Below, one piece after another: positions 1-37,615 of a DNA stretch of 64,000 nt. The notes under the pieces were generated by a model. The model was not told the origin of the DNA and searched no databases. It was given only the letters and a program-made list of their open reading frames with translations. The position numbers and the translations under genes were made by a program. The stretch lies in assembly GCF_009914755.1 (NCBI RefSeq), contig NC_060935.1. One strand, given 5' to 3'. Position 1 is the first letter of the stretch, and each line of letters begins with the position of its first letter. The DNA comes from the human T2T-CHM13v2.0 reference genome, Homo sapiens.

Positions 1-325
1 GGAAGTTTTGAACACAATATTCTACATCTATCTTATTTTTTCCAAAGAAACAGGACTGTAGGTCCTGTGGCAGTCCAGAACTGATGCCAGCCCCTTTATA
101 CACAGTTCTGCTTTGCTTTGAGCCTATCAAAATATTGCTTCATTTAAATTTCACCTCATCTCCACCCCCTCCCAAACCCTGTAAAACTATCTTCCTTTGT
201 GCTTAGTGGGACACTCCTTGGTTTCTCCAGTGTGCTGTCTGTCTCATTACAAGGGGACAAGAAACCTGACTTCATCAAACCATGGGTTTGTTCCTTGGTG
301 GTCTTGGCTGATTGGGCTAGGACAG
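1..325 (+). mobile_element. ERV1-type solo LTR, 3' part (MER34/MER39-like)
   Basis: Characteristic U5-like text aaacctgacttc...gtttgttccttggtggtcttggctga; subfamily from memory. Confidence 0.5.
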
Positions 326-1051
326 CCTGAAATACTGGTGTCCTCCAGGTCTGCCACAGACCCTCTCTTTACTCTGCACACTTTTTTGGGATGACCTCAT
401 TCACTTCCATCCATATGCTTATAGCCCCCAAACCTCCAGCTCAGGCCTTCTTCCTGCCTCTAGGACATCTCCCTCTGGTCGACTCACAAGTTCCTTAAAC
501 TAGGTGTGTTCAAAACTGACTTTTTTTTTTTTTTTCTGACTCTTTGGTTGGAGGGCAGCTACTCCTCACTGGGCCAGGTCCCTCTTTACCCACTGCCCAC
601 AAACTGCGTCACATTGAATCGGCTGTTTTTCACATAGATCAATATCCTAAAACCTTAGAAAGCTGGGAGGATTTCAAGGTGGGGGAAGGTAGAAACTGGG
701 CCCGATTTGCTCCACCCCCTCATCCCTGTCTCTTGACAAGGGGTTGGGCCTCAAGGTGGAGGCTGCAGAGGAGGTCCCGCCTTTCTACCCCTTCTCCTGA
801 TCTGAGCTCTCATGGTCTCCTACCTTGAAGACTTTCTAGTCAGTTTCCCCACCCCCTCCAGTCTTGATCCCTTCTTGTGTCTTGGGAATTTCACAACCAC
901 CTCTCTTCTCTGATCCTGGTGGCTTTCTCCTGGGGTCAGCTGAGATCTCTGCAGAGGGGCAGCCTGTGGCCTATCTGCTGCTGGGAGGGGGAGTACTGTG
1001 ACAGGAAGCTTCCCTGTGGCTGTGCCTGGTTTTCCTTCTAACACTTCTTGA

Positions 1052-1351
<300 letters not shown>

Positions 1352-1396
1352 TGAGTAGCTGGGACTACAGGCATGCACACCGCCATGCCTGGCTAA

Positions 1397-1575
<179 letters not shown>

Positions 1576-1654
1576 TGATGCTTGATTCTTCCCTTGGGGG
1601 GAGGAAAGGTATAATTTCAGTTCACTCCATCCCAAACACTGTTTTCCCTTTAAG

Positions 1655-3622
<1,968 letters not shown>

Positions 3623-3695
3623 TAAAATAATAGTGAATAGTGAGTGCATGTGGTATGCACACAAGGTCAGGGAGTGCTGAGACCCCATTAGCAAC

Positions 3696-4060
3696 TGCTA
3701 TGGTCTGAATGTTGGTATCACCCCAAAATCCATACATTGGAACCTGATACCCAATGTGATAGTATTCAGACGTGGGGCTTTGGGGGAATGATTAAATCAT
3801 GAGGGCTCCACTCTCATGAATGGAATTGGTGCCCTTATAAAAGAGGCTCAAGAGAGCTTCCCAGGCCTCTTCTACCATGTGGGAATAGACAGAGAAAGCA
3901 CTGTCTTTGAAGCAGACAGCAGCCCTCACCAGACACTGAATCTGTTGGTGTCTTGATCTTGGACTTCCCAGCCTCCAGAAATGTGAGCAATAAATTTCTC
4001 TTGTTTATAAATGACCCACTCTAGGGTGTTTTATTATAGTAGCCCCAAAAGACTAAGACA
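3696..4060 (+). mobile_element. MaLR solo LTR (MLT1A-like)
   Basis: tgctatggtctgaatgtt...cttggacttcccagcctccagaaatgtgagcaataaatttc...gactaagaca. Confidence 0.8.
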
Positions 4061-4150
4061 GCAGCCGGGCACGGTGGCTCACACCTATAATACCAGCACT
4101 TTGGGAGGCAGGTGGATCACAAAGTCAGGAGATCGAGACCATCCTGGCTA

Positions 4151-4411
<261 letters not shown>

Positions 4412-5225
4412 TTAACCATTTCAGACTTTTAAACTGTTTAGTTTATTTTTTACCTTTAGTAGAGATGGGGTTTTGCCATGTTGCCCAGACTTGTCTCGAA
4501 CTCCTGGGCTCAAGTGATCCTCCTGCCTTGGCCTCCCAAAGTGTTGGGATTACAGGCGTAAGCCACCACACCTGACCTGTTTAGTTTTTAATTCTATTAA
4601 TATATTAGTTTATCATATTTAGTGGGCTATTGGTTATGGATATAAATAACTAATTAAAAAGAAGCATAAAAATAAACCTGCAAATTTGCCTCAAGCTGAT
4701 TGTTACCAGATTCTTGCATTTATCTGCTCCAAACTCATATCCAGATGTCACTAAGGCTGCAAAACCACGGCTGGAAGGAAAAAAAAGTAGACATGATGAT
4801 CATATCTCATTTGGTTTTTCATATACTGAGAAGAAAGCCAACCTGCCCCTAAAGGTGTCATTTGTGAAAACTGTTTGCAAACAGCAGTCTGAACGCTTAA
4901 TCTCATCATTTATAATAGAAACAGAATATGGCTGGTTGAGGTGGTTCATGCGTGCAATCCCAGCGGTTTGAGAGGCCAAGGTGGGCAAATTGCTTGAGTC
5001 CAGGAATTTGAGACCAATCTGGACAACATGGCAAAAACCTTTCTCTACAAAACAAACAAACAAACAAAAAACAAAACTTAGCAAGGTGTGGTGGCACATG
5101 CTTGTGGTCCTAGCTACACGGGAGGCTGAAATGGGAGGATTGCTTGAGCCTGGGGGTGGAGGTTGCAGTGAGCAGAGATCACGCTACTGCACTCCAGCCT
5201 GGGCAACAGCGCAAGGCCCTATCTC

Positions 5226-5272
<47 letters not shown>

Positions 5273-5274
5273 AA
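5226..5274 (+). repeat. (TAAA)n microsatellite, Alu tail
   Basis: About 12 TAAA units. Confidence 0.95.
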
Positions 5275-5459
5275 AGCTTGGTGTGATGGCATGCCCCTGC
5301 AGGACCAGCCACTTGGGAGATTGAGGCAGGAGGATCACTAGAGTCCGGGAGGTCACGGCTACAGTGAGCTATGACCACACCACTGCACTCGATCCTGGGT
5401 GACAGACAGAGACCCTGTCTCAATTAAAAAAGAAAAAGAAGGCCTGGCACGGTGGCTCA

Positions 5460-5722
<263 letters not shown>

Positions 5723-6071
5723 TCAAAAAAAAAAAAAAAAGACAAAGAAACAGAATATAACATTAGAAACAAAAATAAACCTGTCGGGTTTTAAGAAGTA
5801 TTATGAAGTATTTCAGACATATACTTACAATGTCAGGACACATAGATCCAGCTCCTTCTTTGAATTGCATTGGATTCTGTCTTATGAATGTACCATGATA
5901 TCTGTAACCATTCATCCTGTTGCACACTGGAGTGCAACTGCTGGGTCCAAGGATGTGCATATATATCAGTGTGTAGATGGCCAAATTGTCCTAAGAGATT
6001 AAACCAATTTACACTCCCACCAGCAACGAACAATGGACTCCCTTTTCCCCACGCTCTCACCAACTCTGAAT

Positions 6072-6408
6072 ATAGCCATGGATCACTTAACAACCAGGAT
6101 ACGCACTGAGAAATGCATCGTTAGGTGATTTCATCCTTGTGTGAACATCACAGTGTACTTACACAAACAGAGGGTATAGCCCACCACACACACCTTGGCT
6201 ATATGATATAACCTTTTGCTCCCAGGCTATAAACCTGTACAGCATGTACTACACTGAATACTGTAGGCAACTGTAACACAATGGTTTGTATTTGTGTATC
6301 TTAACATAGAAAAGGTATAGTAAAAATACAGTCTTATAATCTTATGGGACTGCTGTCTTATCTGAAGTCTGTTGCTGACTAAAACATCCTTATGCAGTGC
6401 ATGATTAT
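6072..6408 (+). mobile_element. Tigger3/MER7-type DNA transposon inside an old L1 fragment
   Basis: ggatacgcactgagaaatgcatcgttaggtgatttc...cttacacaaac; degenerate terminal inverted repeats and TA flanks. Confidence 0.75.
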
Positions 6409-6486
6409 ATCTTGCAATGTCTTAACTTTTGCCAATATGATGAGTAAAAAAATGACCCCTCATTTGTACTTTAACTTACATTATAA

Positions 6487-7235
<749 letters not shown>

Positions 7236-7679
7236 TAAAGTGCTGGGATTACAGGTGTGAGCCACTGCGCCCGGCCTCCTAAGATGATGTCATTCTTTTT
7301 TGAGTGAGGTTTAAAAAAAAAATTGTGGTAAAACATAAGTAACACAAAAATTGCCTTTTTAACCATACTTTAATTTTTTATTTTTAAGAGACGGAGTCTC
7401 ACTCTGTCATCCAGGCTAGAGTACAGTAGTATAGCCATGGCTCACTGCAGACTCGACCTCCTGGGCTCAAGTGATTCTCCTGCTTCAGCCTCTCAAGTAG
7501 CTGGGATGACAGGCGCATGCCACCACGCCCCCACTAATTTTTATATATTTTGTAGATATGGGGTTTTCCTGTGTTGCCCAGGCTGCTCTCAAACTCGTGG
7601 GTTCAAGTGATCCACCCACCTCAGCATCCCCAAGTGCTAGGATTATAGGCATGAGCCACTGTGCCTGGCCACTACTATT

Positions 7680-9895
<2,216 letters not shown>

Positions 9896-9898
9896 TAA

Positions 9899-10087
<189 letters not shown>

Positions 10088-11050
10088 TAAATCCTTTGCT
10101 TGGCCAGGTGTGGTGGCTCATATCTTTAGTCTCAGGAGGCTGAGGTGGGAGGATTGTTTGAGCCCAGGAGTTTGAGGTTACAATGAGCTATGATTGTGCC
10201 ATCGCACTCTAGCCTGGAGAGCAGAGTGAGACTCTGTCCAAAAAAAAAAAAAAAAAAGAGGAAGAAGCAAAGTGTAGAAGTGTGTAAATGCTACTCTTTT
10301 TCTGTGGGTTTTTTTTGTTTTAGACAAGGTCTCACTCTGTCACCCAGGCTGAGTGCAGTGGCATGGTCACAGCTCAATGCAACCTCTGCCTCCTGAGCTC
10401 AAGTGATCCTCCCACCCCAGCCTCTGGAGTAGCTGGGACTACAGGCATGTGCCACCATGCCTGGCTAAATTTTGTATTTTTAGAAGAGACAGGGTTTCGC
10501 CATGTTGCCCAGGCTAGTCTCAGACTCCTGGGCTCAAGTGATCTGCTCGCCTCAGCATCCCAAAGTGCAGGGATTACAGGCGTGAGCCACTGTGCCTGTT
10601 CCCCTTTGTGTTTTATGTGTCGTATATGCATAAATATTTCTGGAAGTATACACTCTGTAGTGTTAGTGGTGATGCTTTTAGAGGAGGAGACTGGGAAAGT
10701 GGTGTGTGTTAGCCACAGTGATGTATCCACACCCATTTCTCTTTTCCAGGGACTATGGAAAGACTACATTTCTCAACCTTCCTAGTAGATGTGATGTCAC
10801 CAGTCGGAATTGGGCAGAAGAATGTATCACTTCAGTCCAAGGCAATTAAGTGTTAGTGTCAATCTTTTCCCTCTCCCCTACCCCAATCTGAGCAGTTGGA
10901 ATCAAATAACTGAGATTATGGTGATGTCAGAAGGATTTAAGTCCCTGCTGGGGGAGAACAGCACACCATCATTGTCTAATGTGGGATGAGTAAGAAATAA
11001 GCCTTTGTTGTTTTAAGCGACTGAGATTTGGAGTTTTATTTAGTATCCAC

Positions 11051-12222
<1,172 letters not shown>

Positions 12223-12264
12223 TCAATTCTTTGCTATGTGCATGTGATTGGTTTTCCAATTTAA

Positions 12265-12549
<285 letters not shown>

Positions 12550-12649
12550 TGAGCCACTATACCCAGCCAAAAAATAGCTACATTTTTTATTTCAAAACTT
12601 CTAAGCACTGGACCATGCAAACTTTGGTTTTTTCTTTTTGATACACAGC

Positions 12650-13200
12650 AACAGCAATTTATTTACGGATTACCTACTCAGTTGGTGCCAAGCCTGGTTC
12701 TAGATGCTGAAGACAGAGCCTAGATCAAGATTGACTTGGTCCTGGCTTTCCTGAAGTTCCCAGCCTGGTAGAAGAGACATAATAAACAACTAGCAAACAC
12801 AGAAATGTGATTCTTTCTGGGAGTATTAGGTGCTCTGAAAGGAAGAACAAGGGTGATGTGATAGACGCTGATTGGGATGGGAGCTTTTTCAGATTGGATG
12901 ACAGGAAAGGTCTTCTGAAATCTGCCTGGTATGTAGGAGCTAGCCTCTAAAAGTTGTGGAGGAAGAGCACTAGGAGGGGGGTGCAGCCAGGGCAAAGCCT
13001 CCAAGGTGGGGCTAAGCTTGGCAGTGGGATTTCAGTGCAGTGAATAAGGCTAAAGAGTAGGAAGAGGTAAGATCAGTGATGTGGGCAGGGGCCAGATCAA
13101 GCAGGGCCTTGAAGGCCATGGTAAAGGGTTTGGTATTTGCTTTGACTATGCTGGAGAGCCTTTCAAGGGTTTTAAGCAAGAGGAACTTGAGATGACTTAA
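12650..13200 (-). mobile_element. L2 LINE fragment
   Basis: ttacctact...gtgccaagcctggttctagatgctgaagac; gggccagatc...ggccttgaaggccatggtaaag. Confidence 0.65.
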
Positions 13201-13515
13201 GATTTTTGTTTTTGTTTTTGAGACAGTCTTGTTCTGTTGCTCAGGCTGGAGTGCAGTGGCGCAATCTTGGCTCACTGAAACCTCTGCTTCCTGGGTTCAA
13301 GTGATTCTCCTGCCTCAGCCTCCCAAGTAGCTGGGATTACAGGCGTGCGCCACCATGCCTGGATAATTTTTGTATTTTTAGTAGAGACGGGGTTTCTCCA
13401 TGTTGGTCAGGCTGGTCTCAAAGTCCCGACCTCAGGTGATCTGCCCACCGTGGCCTCCCAAAGTGCTGGGATTACAGGTGTGAGACACCGTGCCTGGCCT
13501 GATTTAAGTTTTTGA

Positions 13516-13677
<162 letters not shown>

Positions 13678-13980
13678 TAGCCTCCTGAGTAGTTGGGATT
13701 ACAGACGCCCACCACCAAGCCTGGCTTTTTTTTGGGTATTTTTAGTAGAGATGGGGTTTCACTATGCTGGCCAGGCTGGTCTTGAACTCCTGACCTTGTG
13801 ATCCACCTGCCTTGGCCTCCCAAAGTGCTGGGATTACAGGTGTGAGCCACCGTGTCTGGCCTCCCAGGTGCAAATTTTAAATTACATTTTAAGTACTTTA
13901 GGGCCAGGTGCAGTAGCTCATGCCTGTAATGCTAGCACTTGGGATGCCAAGGCAGGAGGATTGCTTGAGCCCAGGAATTA

Positions 13981-14576
<596 letters not shown>

Positions 14577-16673
14577 TCAAATCATATATCTCTTACATAA
14601 ATAATTTGAGATACATTAAACAGCAAGTTAAATGTAAAAAGCAGAAATTTGTCTCCATATATTATCTAAAATTTTATTTCAAGTGATCTTTATAATACAA
14701 TCTTTCATATTCTAAAAATAGAACATGAATATTTTTAGTCAAAATCAATCACTTCTTTATCATATACTACTCAAAAATGACTATTTATTTAACATTTCCT
14801 AGGTGTATTTTGTGAGTCAAAAAAGGATTAGGAAACCCCTGCCCCAATATGGCTCCTTACCTGAGAGAAACGGCATCTCTGCACCTCACAGCCAGGCCAA
14901 GCCCTGTTAATATACTCTCCCATGCACACAGCCAGAGTTCCTTATTTATATAGTGTCTCCAAGCACCCAAGAGTCCTCCAGTTCTAAAGGGAATTCATCA
15001 CTGTCATCAGCTGGCCCTGGGTCTCCATGGGTACTGTGCCTGTCTCCTGGGCATGGCTTTTGCTGAACGTTACCACCCATCTTCAACACAAATACTCCTT
15101 CAAGAGACAGGTCAGGCCTGGTTTGGGGCTAGAGGTACAGAGACATCTAGGACCCAGGTCCTGCCCTAAGGGGCACCGCACAGATTACAGGATGGTGTGA
15201 TAACTGGTGACGGTTATAACTCGAACTCAACTGGGGCTGGTGTCTGAGAAGCTTGAACTCAGTGTAGGGGCAGGAAAGTTCTCCTGGAGGAGGTGATGCA
15301 TGATTAGGAGCCAGGCCCCCTAGAGGCGACGATGTTCCAAACATCAGGCTCGGCCTGTGCAAAGGCCATGGGCGTCTAAGACAATGACATGTGGGGGACT
15401 GAGCCCAGCTCACTGGAAGCAGAGCAGGCTACACTGACCTGGGGGCGTCTAGGCCTTCACTGCTTTCTACGTCCTCTGACCCATCCCCATCAGAATCTCA
15501 ACAGACTCGTCACCTCCAGGGCCTGCACTGCTCTCCCATCGTTGCCCAACTTCTCTCGTTCCCTAGGGATGTTCAAGTCTGCCAACACTCAGAGGGCAGG
15601 GCCTGCTGGCATGCCCCAGGGTGAGGCTGTGCCCAGCGAGTCCCTCCTTTCGTGTCTCACAGTAGCCTGAGCCTGCAGAGCTGGCTCTCTAGCATCTAGC
15701 TAGAGACGGTTTGACCACAGTTCCCTGCGACCCATGATTCACTTTCGAGGGTACCCACAAGAGATGTGTCTGCTCCTCCAGACGCCGCCCAATGGGGTGA
15801 AGCGTCTGGCCCTGAGTCAGGATGCTGGGGTGCTGGCCGTCTCAGCTACCCACTCCTTTGCAACCCCAGGCAAGCAAGCTCGTTCTCTCCTCCCGGCCAG
15901 GGGCTTTCTAGATGAAATCAGCTGCACCCCTTTACTCTCAGGGACCTAAAATTTCGGCGACCATGTGGAGCCGTAAACCCTTCTGCCTCCTGTCCTCCCA
16001 GCCCCGCACCCACCTGGCGTTTTCGTGTCACGGAACCTCTGCACGTGCTCTTCTCGAGGCCTAGAGTCCCTCTCTCCCTCTGGCCAACTCCTATTTCATC
16101 CCTCACAGACCCAACTCGAACGCCATCATCCCCGGAAAGCGGGGATTCCTCCCTTCAGTCTCTGCTTCCTTATCTTGCTGTCCTGCTGCGCCGCGCCCTC
16201 AGTGTACGCGCAGAGCCCGGGGCTGAGGGCCTCTGGGTCCCTGGCTGGGTGCGCGGCCAGGAGCGCGACGGCCTGGGAAGCACCAGCGGCTCTAGAACTC
16301 GGCCCGGGCGCGGCGGGGTTAAGACACCCGGGCCTTGAGGGCCCCGCCTCCGGAGCGCTCCACCCGCGTGGGGGAAGCCTCCCCGGAGGCTCCGACCTCG
16401 CTCCTGCTTATGACCCTCGCAGCCACAGGAGCCCCCACTTAGGTGAACATTTCGGACGGGGCCCCGGCGGTTCAGACCCGGAGGCGGCTCCTCCCGGAGG
16501 CAGATCCTCCCGGCGTCGGCCTTCGGTCCTCCCCGCCAAAGCCCTCTTGGGACAAGCCGGGGATTCCCCGCCGCCGCCCGCCCCCTGGCGTCACGGAGTC
16601 CCCGCGAGGCCCCGCCCCGGCCTGGCGCCGTCCTGGGCGGGAGGAACGCGCCGCTAGGCGGGAGAGCGCGGCC

Positions 16674-31618
<14,945 letters not shown>

Positions 31619-33631
31619 GGCCACGACCTGCCTGCCTGGGCTGGAGCTCTTGCCCGAAGCCTGAAGCTTCCTTCGGCGCCATGCAGGGGTTGGGGTTGGG
31701 ACTGGAGCTGGCCTTGGGATTTAATGGGGAAGAAGGCCTGGCAGGACCTGGCCTGTTTGTTTAAAAATGAAGTATGGGTTGGGGGATTACGCTAGTTTTT
31801 CTTTGTATTTTTATCTCTATCTATCTCCTCACTTTTTCTCCCAAAGTAGAAAAAAATGATATCTGAACTGCGTCTGCCTACCTCTTTGCAGCATTCATGG
31901 TACAGAGACCTTTGGGCTAGTGGGCTCTGGAAGATCCAGGCTTGGCCCCCTTCCTCCTTCCATACAGAGCTGAGGCAGCCAGCCGAGTCTCTGCCTGCAG
32001 AGACAGGTGCTGCTCAAGTCTAACCATGGAAACAGCAGGAAGAAAGGCCCTGAGGCAGCAAAGAGCCATGGATGTGACTCTTGGTCCAACCTGGTCCTGA
32101 GGCCAAAGCAACATGTTGGGCCCACCTGCTTCAGGCACTCAGGGTAGACTGAAGCTGAGGAGGGGCTGGGGGAGCTCTGAGGAGAGGGCAGGGAGGCAGC
32201 CCAGAGGGGTCCCGGTGGGAAGATCCTAAAAACCCAGGTAGTGATATCAAAGTCCTTGGTCCACAGGGCCTCCCTTAGACTGGGTCCGCGTTCTTCCTCC
32301 AGGGGTAGTGCCCAGGGTGGGGCAGAGCAAGGCCTCTGTGTGTCTGTGCCTGGGGGAGGGCAGCTGTGGGCCAGATCTGGGCCTGGGGCTTTGCTTACAA
32401 GGCAGAGCCCACAGGGCAGAGTTGGGGCAAACCAACTTCCTTTACCAACCTAGGACTGGGCACAGGCCTGTGGAGACGGTGTTGGTTAAATGGCAACACC
32501 TACACTCTGCTGACTCCCAGACCACTCACTACTTTTGGTCTAGCTGCCTCCTGGCCATCATCTCCCCTGCAAGTGACCCGTTCCTCCTGCACCCCATGTC
32601 CCTGGGACCTTGTGCTGCTGGTTCTAGTACTCCTCCACCCTCCTGCCACTGTGGGCCACCTTCTAGACCTGCAGTCTCCCCATCCAATCCTTTCCCTTAC
32701 TATGGCCAGAGTGACTTTTGTTGTTGTTGTTGTTGCTTTTGAGACACACAAAAAACCTTAGTGCAGCCTCAAACTCCTGCAGCCTTAAACCCCTGGGTTT
32801 AAGCAATCCTCCCACCTGGTCTTCCCGAAGGGCTGGGATTACAGGTGCACAGCACCATGCTCGGCCCAACAGGGTGACTTTCTAGGGTGTCGTGTTCACA
32901 AGTCCAATCCTTTGGAGTTCCCCTGCTGCCTTCAGAGACCACCCGCAACCCCAGCATGAAATCTGGAGCCCTTTGGATGTGACCCTGCTGGCCTCTCAGC
33001 TTCATCTTCATTTCCTTGCTATTCATTCATTCATTCATTTACTCATTTAGAGATGATGTCTCACTATGTTGCCCAGGCTGGTCTCAAACTCCTGTGCTCA
33101 AGTGGTCCTCCTGCCTTAGCCTCCCCAGTAGCTGGGCCTATAGGTGCATGCCACCGTGCCTGGCTATTTCCTTGCTATCATGAGTGCATCTCAGACATGC
33201 TTTTCTTTCTTCCCAGAATGTTCTCCTTCCCTCCCAGCCCCCAGTTCAAATTTTTCTTTCAGGATTCCCCTTCCTTCGCCTGCCAGGCTGGGTAGAGGCC
33301 TCCTCTGTCCCTGAGCTCCCCTTTTGTATCTGCCTCCTCCATTTTAAGTCAAGGAACTCTTGGAAGAGGCCAGGATGGGAATAGATTATTTCCTGGGATC
33401 AGGCCTGGCACAGAGAATGACTCAGGAAATGTTTATTAAGTGGTTAAATTCTCTTATTCAGGCTGGATGCGGTGGCTCACGCCTGTAATCCCAGCACTTT
33501 AGGAGGCCAAGGAGGGCAGATCACCTGAGGTCAAGAGTTCAAGACCAACCTGAGCAACATAGTGAAACCTTGTCTCTACTAAAAATACAAAATTAGTTGG
33601 GCATGGTGGCACATGCCTGTAATCCCAGCTA

Positions 33632-33739
<108 letters not shown>

Positions 33740-33864
33740 TCAACAACAACAAAATTCTCTTATTCAAGGACTCAGCCAGTCTAACGGTCTAAGAGCCTTG
33801 GGCTCCAACATTCTTCGATACTCAGCCTTCTACTCTGCCCCAGCCCTCATGCCCTGGCTCCCAG

Positions 33865-33883
33865 CAGCCACCAGGGGTCACCA
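33865..33883 (+). promoter_or_regulatory. Candidate CTCF motif
   Basis: cagccaccaggggtcacca resembles the CTCF core CCACCAGGGGGCGC. Confidence 0.55.
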
Positions 33884-35846
33884 GCTGCCTAGTCTACTGA
33901 GGCCATTCCCGTTTCCAGGGACACATGGCTGGGGAGACCGACACTCCTGTAGCCACCGTGACTGAGCCCTTAGGAGGTGCCAGGCCCTGCCCTGCACCCT
34001 TTCTGCAGCATTATTTGTTCCTCCCAACTACATTGCCATGTAGCTACCATGTTTCCCAGGTGAGAAAACTGAGCTCAGAGAAGCCCTGCAGCTGGACTGT
34101 GGCTGCATTACACATACTCTTTTTAAAGCAACGTGTTCAGACTCGCAGTTAGGCAGGGCTGCGGGGCATGCCCCCTCCCCCAGGGTGTGTGTGCCCCCTG
34201 CCTGCTACCACGGGGGTAGAGGTGTGATGCTAGCCTTGTGTCTAACCTGACTCCCTCCCTACATCTTCACCCTTTTCTATTCTGGGTCCTGAGCCTGGAC
34301 GGTTAGTATCCCTTGAAGTGAGGGACATGCAGGGACACAGGAGTGAGGGAACTTGAATCTTGGGAGGCCAGCTGCGCCATTGCGTTTCTCCCTCATTTCA
34401 CAGGGTTGTAGTGGAGACTGCTTAGAGAGCCCAGAGGAGGTGCTCAGGAAATGGTCTGACTGATCTCTGGGACAGTGAGCCCTTCTCTCCCACAAAACCT
34501 TCCCTTCTACTTTATGGGCGTCAATCTTACCACACACGCTGCTGCCATCGGGTGGAGTTGCCTCTCTCAGGGAGCACATGTTCACCTTAACTTGCTTGGA
34601 GGTCCCCCTCCCAGTAGGAGGGGGTGCTTCCTGGAGGAACAAGTCTGTAAGGCCAGAAACAGGCCAAGGAGTTCCCGGGAATGAGGTAGGCAGGAGGAAG
34701 AGGAGCTCACAGACTGAGCAGAGGAGTTCAGAGGGGCATGTCAGCGGGAAGGCTGTTCCTCCCTCCAGCCTCTTCAGTCCCGTTCAGCAGAGAGGTGAAA
34801 ATAGATGTTGACAGCTCCTCCAGGCTCTCAGCAGTCACTGCCCAGGTTTTCAGAACTCTGGTGCTCAGGGGCTGCCTGCCTGAATTCGGGTGCCTAGGTC
34901 AAATCTGGAGTGGCCCGCACTCATGGGTATAAAAACTGAGACCCAGAGATGGGGCAGCTCCTTCGGGTCACAGAGCAGAGCTGGGATAAGAACCCAGACC
35001 TCTGATTCCTGCTTTTCTAAAAACTGGATTCAGATTCTGCAAAGGGGCTGGCCAGGGCTTCTGGAGGCCTAGTTCTAGGTTCTCCAGTTCTGTCTTCCTG
35101 GGAGATCTTGGGCAGGTCACAGTGACTTCCAGGCGCTCATATCCCCACCTGTGAAACTTCCTGCCCCAAGCCTCCCCAAAAGTGACATGGCTCTTCTGCA
35201 GAGCTGTTCTGTAGGCATGAGGACCATGGCCTCTGCCTGCCCTGCCCAATCTCAGGCCTTAGTGAGCCTGAGACCCCAGGGAGGGAGAAATGACAGATGC
35301 CCCTATCCTGTGCTCCTACTGCCCCTTGGTCATCTCTCAGTCCCTGGCTTCAGTCTGCTGTTGCGCTGAGTGTCTCCCACCAGATGCAAGCCCCTCAGTG
35401 ACAAGGCTCCAGAGACCTGAACACTACCTGGGGCAGCACATTTGCTGAATTGAATAGAGGTGGTTTCTGGAGAGATCTGACACCATCAGACGTGGACCCA
35501 TCTGTGAGATTCAGACATATCCATGCCTGGATACAGGCTCTTCCACTGGAGACACATTCACTCATCACAAACATTTTCAGCTTATCTGTACATTACCCTA
35601 TTTCATCCTCCTGGATCTTAGAAGTTGCACTATCTGCTTGTTCCTACTTTACAGATGAGGAAAGCAGGGTCCAGAAGGTGAAGGGATGAGCCTCAAGTCA
35701 CAGCTAATCTGAGGTGGCCTGGGGACTGGAATACATTTCCTTTGGCTGTGCTCTTTTCTGTTCCTCACAGGAGCAAGTGGTGAAGAGTGAGTTCTATGCG
35801 CAGTGTAGAAGGGCTGTGAGCCCTGTCCCTGGGTTCATTTCTGTCA

Positions 35847-36181
<335 letters not shown>

Positions 36182-36783
36182 TCAGGAAAATATTCCCAGA
36201 CCAGAGCTCTCAGAAACAGACACAGCAAAAGTGTGTTTTTTGGCCTCTGGGACCGAGGGAAAATAGTCTAGGAACAAGATGCTCTTTGGCATTCATTTGG
36301 TTCTTGGCAGATCAAGCAGTAACAAGGCAAACACAGGAAGAGTCTAGGAGGAAACTTAAAAGTTGCAGGATTTGGGGATAAATTACAATCCTCCCCCTTC
36401 TAACCTAAAATTTCTGTAATTTAGTTATATTTCTGTCATGAAAAACAACTTCACAATGAACAAAATAAATGCGAAGATTCAGAGCAGCTGGATTTCATCC
36501 TAAGGCCACTGGGAGAGGGCTGGGCAGTCATTGGCCACAAAACCAAAAGCTGCAGCTGGGTTCTTCAGGCAGTGAGTGGATAGAGCAGCCTGGGATGCAG
36601 TTGCAATCTAGAGGATAAAGGTTTGTTTTGTCCCAGGTCCCAGCGGGAGAGTCCAGTGGCTTGCTTTCTTTTCAATTTCTTGCCATCCAAAGAAGTCTGT
36701 GTCTTAGTAAGTCTGGTTTCAAATATTGTGACCTTTTTTGTGTGATGTTCTCTGTATCTAGAAACAACTCATCCAGGGCATGA

Positions 36784-37143
<360 letters not shown>

Positions 37144-37615
37144 TGAGGATGTGGCAGCTAAGAGGGAAAGGTCTTCCATCAAGCAGTGGCAGGGCTAAGG
37201 CCAGATGATGCCCTCCCACTGGGTCTCTGGCTTGTGAATGTGGCTGGGGTGGTGGGTCAGAGAGGAAGGGGATCTAGGTGGTGTACTGAGAACCTGTGGG
37301 TTGATTGCATCATGCATCAAGTCAGTTCCTGTGATGAAGGAGACCAAAATTTAGCTATGACGCTGGGGTGAGGCAGTTAGCTGAGCTTTGCCCTTGGTCA
37401 CAGACGGAACCTCCAGTACCGAAAGCAGCTTTCACTGGCAGGGAAGTCAGAAGACGGAAATGACATTTCGTGTCCTGACAGCCCTTCCCACATTTTTGGT
37501 AGAGCACTTCACACACATTCTTTCCCTTGGGCCTTATGACAACTCTGTGCGTTACTATGGGCCTGGAAGACTATCAAGGACCCTAGTTCTGGAGGGAAGG
37601 ACACTGAGAAGAGGC

